Source of the DNA: a virus
Taxonomy: Duplodnaviria; Caudoviricetes
Virus record (IMG/VR): IMGVR_UViG_3300012667_000240
Coordinates: 1 to 26,381 of that record
Length of the DNA stretch: 26,381 bases
Strand: one strand, 5' to 3'
Below the pieces are notes generated by a model that saw nothing but the letters and a program-made list of their open reading frames with translations, did no database searches and had not been told where the DNA came from. The translations under genes and the position numbers were made by a program. Every line of letters starts with the position of its first letter. Position 1 is the stretch's first letter. Below are positions 22,895-26,381 of the stretch, one piece after another.

Positions 22895-25800
22895 AGCCAT
22901 CAGTAATTCTAACAGTTAAGGCAACCAATGGAGCTGCTGTAGTAGTAGACTTATACGAGAATGAGAGCATTAGTTACTCATCTAACTTTAACAGCATCTC
23001 TGAGTTTACTACCAGGGGTGCTTTCTCGCGTGAGTTTAGAATCCCTGCAACGAAGGCTAACGTAGATTTCTTTGGTCAGCAGTATAACGCTAACTTGCTT
23101 AATGATGACACTACGCAAATCAATGTGCTTCGCAAGATAGAGGCAACGCTTTCAGTGGATACCTTACCCATTGCAGAAGGGCACATACAATTCAAGCAGG
23201 CCATTACTCAGCAAGGCAAGATGCATGAGTTCGTTATAGCATTCTTTGGAGAGACTGTAGACTTAGCGCGAAGCATTGGAGATAAACTGCTGAAAGAATT
23301 AGATTACTCTGATTTAGACCATGACAATACTTTTGAGAATGTTAATGCTATAAATGACAGTACGTTATTTGATGGCGCTGCATGTTACACTTTAACTGAT
23401 AGAGGGCAGAATTGGAGTGAAGATACAGCCATAGGCAGCAGAAGGATATTCAGCTCAGTTAATCCTATCTATACAGGTGAATTAACCTTAGCACTTCAGG
23501 CTAAATGGCTTCTAAATAAGATAATTACTGAGGCAGGCTTTACTTGGAGCGGAACTACAATAGACGAAGAACTTCAGCGCATGTACGTGCCTTACATTAC
23601 AGGGCCACGAACTGAAGGATTAAGCAATGATGAGGCTAAGTTTAAGGTAGAATTTGCTACAGACACTGCATTTAATATCAATGTTCAAGGTGACCAAAGT
23701 AATTATTTCAAGCAGCTTACAGGATGGACTGAGATAAGTGATCCATCTAACAGCTGGGCATCTAATGCTTACACTGCTCAAGGTAGTTTTCAGGCTAATT
23801 TTGAGATAGACTTAAATATTGAAGTAGATACTACAGGCTATTCTTCAGATACTCAGCACGTGTATGATATTATGTGGAAGAGAGTAAGAGGCGGAACTGA
23901 GTTATTCTTTCCATTTCCGCTATCTATGGGAGTGGGACCTACATCTTTGCAATACACACAAGGCATAGGATGGCAGCCAACTACTCCTGTTAATCCATTC
24001 AATGTATCTTCTAACTTTCAGTTAGACGTGCAAGATGGTGACGTGTACACGCTTTACATTTTTGCTCATCAGGGAAGTTCTCAGAGTGTTGAAATTAAAG
24101 CAGATAGTTACGCTGCCTTCTCTTATGTTAGTGGATTAAGTTATGCTTATCCAGTTCAGATTGCTAACAACGCACCTGAGATGAAACAAGTAGATTACTT
24201 GCGCGACATTCTTAAGATGTTCAATGCAGTGCTTGTGCCTAATCCTAACATGCCTAACGCAGTAGAGATTATTCCAATGGTGGAATATTTGGGAAGCGGT
24301 GAAGATTACGATTGGACAGGCAAATTAGATCTATCTAAAGACATTGTCTTAACTCCTGCTGCTGACATCAGAAAGAGATTATTGAAGTGGAGTTACAAAG
24401 AGCAGGGAGATTTCTTCAATGCTAAGTATAAGACAGGAGCACAGCGCATCTATGGTGAGTTAAGGTTAACTGATCCAGGCAATGACTTCAGCACAAGTGA
24501 CTACACTGTTGAATTAACTTTTGGCGCTTCACCTTGTGACCTTATACCTAACACTAACTACATCATCCCAAAGTACTTTAACGAAAAGGGTGAGTTTATG
24601 ACACCTGGGCCGCGCATTCTTTACAGAAGAGATTTCGCAGAGAGCGCTGTAGTTATGGTATATGATGAAGTAGCAGAAGATGCAAGCTTTACAGTCATCC
24701 CACTACTTAGCCATTACAAATCTATTCCAACAGAGATAGGTACAGATGACCTAAATTTCGGGCAAGAAATTCCTCCGCATCCAATTGAGGCTATGCCATT
24801 GCATACGCTTTTTGATAGATATTGGAGAGATTATATCGCAGAGCTTTACGATTCAGAGCAGAAGATAATGGAGGCTTATTTTAAGTTATCTGTAACCGAT
24901 GTATTTGGGTTAAAATTTAATGATAAGATTTGGGTTAAAGATTCATGGTGGAGAGTAATAGAATTAACCGATTATATTGTAGCAGATGAGCAAGTAACAA
25001 AGTGCAAGCTTATTCGTTTACTTGACATCGGAGCGCTATGTGAGTTTACACCATCTACCATTAACGTAAGCACAGGAGCAGTAGAGTTTTTAGATTACGA
25101 TGGAGATACAAGTTATGGCTCACAAACATGCTGCGAATATTACGGCTATACTTGGAGCGGAGTAAAAGGCAGATGTTATGCATCTACTTTAACGAATGGC
25201 ACAGGCGGTATAATCGGCTCACCAAATAACTCAGGCGGTAGCAATATCACTAATACAAGTGGTAACCAAAAGAGTGCTACCGGTATGGGTAACGTAGTTC
25301 GTGCTGAAATTGAGAATAATAACGAGCGCATCTTTGTTAGTGGCTTAGGCCATGGCATTAGCCCTAACAATAACTACAGCCAAGCCATGGGCTATCGTAA
25401 TTTCATCAGGCCTAACTTAGAAGGTACTACTGTGATGGGCCGATGGGCAGAAGCAGATGTAAGAGGGGTGCACTTTGGCGGGGGTACTTGGTACGATGGA
25501 GCAAGTGACTTTGGAACAACTATACCAGGGCGAAGCCAACATGGCTTTATTCAACTGATGGGAGTAGGTGAAATGGCATCTAATCCAACTGATGTAGACT
25601 TGTTTATAGATGGCATTAACAACGGTGTAATAACCATGCCTACTGAGACTGTATGGGCTGTTAAGGTATACATCTCAGTCATGGAATATGATTACGGTGT
25701 TTCTGATTTCACAGGCAAGGTGGCATCTGTTGAATATAGCTGCATGGTATGGCGCGATAAGGTAACTCATTACTCGGCTACACCACATAAGATACATGAA

Positions 25801-25962
25801 TTCGTTAGCGGCTTTTCATCTAACACATTTGTACTGCATTTACCTATTGTTAGCAATAAGATAGCACCGTATTTAGAGTGCAAGCACACTGGTAAAACAG
25901 CTGTAATCAGCGCGACATTCCAATACACTCAAACTAAATTCCAACGTACACCTATAATATGA
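22891..25962 (+). CDS. Large tail tip/baseplate hub protein
   Basis: 1023 aa; DLYENESI..S...FSREFRIPAT..N N-terminus, LRDILKMFN, DWTGKLD, and a Gly/Asn-rich C-terminal region. Confidence 0.65.
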   Translation: MKPSVILTVKATNGAAVVVDLYENESISYSSNFNSISEFTTRGAFSREFRIPATKANVDFFGQQYNANLLNDDTTQINVLRKIEATLSVDTLPIAEGHIQFKQAITQQGKMHEFVIAFFGETVDLARSIGDKLLKELDYSDLDHDNTFENVNAINDSTLFDGAACYTLTDRGQNWSEDTAIGSRRIFSSVNPIYTGELTLALQAKWLLNKIITEAGFTWSGTTIDEELQRMYVPYITGPRTEGLSNDEAKFKVEFATDTAFNINVQGDQSNYFKQLTGWTEISDPSNSWASNAYTAQGSFQANFEIDLNIEVDTTGYSSDTQHVYDIMWKRVRGGTELFFPFPLSMGVGPTSLQYTQGIGWQPTTPVNPFNVSSNFQLDVQDGDVYTLYIFAHQGSSQSVEIKADSYAAFSYVSGLSYAYPVQIANNAPEMKQVDYLRDILKMFNAVLVPNPNMPNAVEIIPMVEYLGSGEDYDWTGKLDLSKDIVLTPAADIRKRLLKWSYKEQGDFFNAKYKTGAQRIYGELRLTDPGNDFSTSDYTVELTFGASPCDLIPNTNYIIPKYFNEKGEFMTPGPRILYRRDFAESAVVMVYDEVAEDASFTVIPLLSHYKSIPTEIGTDDLNFGQEIPPHPIEAMPLHTLFDRYWRDYIAELYDSEQKIMEAYFKLSVTDVFGLKFNDKIWVKDSWWRVIELTDYIVADEQVTKCKLIRLLDIGALCEFTPSTINVSTGAVEFLDYDGDTSYGSQTCCEYYGYTWSGVKGRCYASTLTNGTGGIIGSPNNSGGSNITNTSGNQKSATGMGNVVRAEIENNNERIFVSGLGHGISPNNNYSQAMGYRNFIRPNLEGTTVMGRWAEADVRGVHFGGGTWYDGASDFGTTIPGRSQHGFIQLMGVGEMASNPTDVDLFIDGINNGVITMPTETVWAVKVYISVMEYDYGVSDFTGKVASVEYSCMVWRDKVTHYSATPHKIHEFVSGFSSNTFVLHLPIVSNKIAPYLECKHTGKTAVISATFQYTQTKFQRTPII

Positions 25963-26156
25963 CAAATCCACAGCAAGACATTATATTTAGTATGACTTTA
26001 CTACGCTCAGGAGTACCTGGCAAGAGTAAAGAATTTCACCAAGCAAGTGGCATCCATCACGCGAGGCTAAAGGTGTGGCAAATAAGGGCTATTAATTACA
26101 CTATACTATTAGGAGTAATAGGTTTAATCGGATTAACAATTTATAGCGTAATATAA
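25959..26156 (+). CDS. Small protein with C-terminal TM helix
   Basis: 65 aa; coupled to both neighbours. Confidence 0.55.
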   Translation: MTNPQQDIIFSMTLLRSGVPGKSKEFHQASGIHHARLKVWQIRAINYTILLGVIGLIGLTIYSVI

Positions 26157-26381
26157 TGGCTACACAAGAGATGATATTGAAACTCTCGTTTGACGATGAG
26201 GGTACATTTGTAGGTTTAGAGGATATCAATCAGGAGCTTCAGAAAGTAAATGATTCTACAGCGCAGGTAGAGAAAACTACCAAGACTTTAAAGGCTCAAT
26301 ATGCTGAACTGAAAAAGCAGCAAGACCAATACGATCCAGGTACTAAGAAATTCCAAGAGCTATCCGTTCAGATGGGTGAGC
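26156..26381 (+). CDS. Tape measure protein N-terminus (3' truncated; not in ORF track)
   Basis: ATG 26156, open to the window end: MATQEMILKLSFDDEG...TLKAQYAELKKQ...DPGTKKFQELSVQMGE; coiled-coil character. Confidence 0.6.
   Translation, partial: MATQEMILKLSFDDEGTFVGLEDINQELQKVNDSTAQVEKTTKTLKAQYAELKKQQDQYDPGTKKFQELSVQMGE

Noticed and set aside
272-25370. All minus-strand ORFs in the ORF track
   Set aside because: Short, antisense to well-supported + strand genes, with no motifs or expression signals; treated as shadow ORFs.
1-26381. Alternative genetic code, DGR, CRISPR array, tRNA, integrase or intron/intein
   Set aside because: Genes tile densely under code 11 with TAA, TGA and TAG all used as stops. 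No reverse transcriptase, TR/VR pair, spaced repeats, cloverleaf, recombinase or splicing motifs were seen by eye.

Overview
A single-strand-coded (all genuine CDSs on +) fragment covering most of a small tailed-phage (siphovirus-like) genome. The host is inferred to be Bacteroidota/Flavobacteria, from TAnnTTTG promoters and AT-rich, Shine-Dalgarno-less start regions. Order: 3' end of major capsid gene, tail tube-like and neck genes, multi-domain portal, adaptor, lysis cassette, terminator/promoter, early and replication genes (SSB-like, HTH, stand-alone DnaA domain IV, initiator C-terminal domain, HNH), metallophosphoesterase, TerL, VRR-NUC, phage sigma factor, a ~330 nt structured non-coding locus, HNH, TerS, frameshifted tail chaperone, fibre fusion, tail proteins and the start of the tape measure gene. 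No polymerase, helicase, integrase, tRNA or CRISPR was seen. Most notable: (1) a perfect 25+25 nt homopyrimidine mirror repeat (H-DNA/triplex-type) ending a DnaA box-promoter-pseudoknot-structured RNA locus; (2) a dnaX-like A_AAA_AAG slippery site with an immediate -1 stop right after the portal core; (3) DnaA boxes beside each of the three clear host-type promoter regions, plus a phage-encoded DnaA domain IV; (4) an unannotated -1 frameshift tail chaperone extension, a minus-strand sRNA unit and a CxxCGS microprotein. All product calls are by motif recognition only; no database searches were run.
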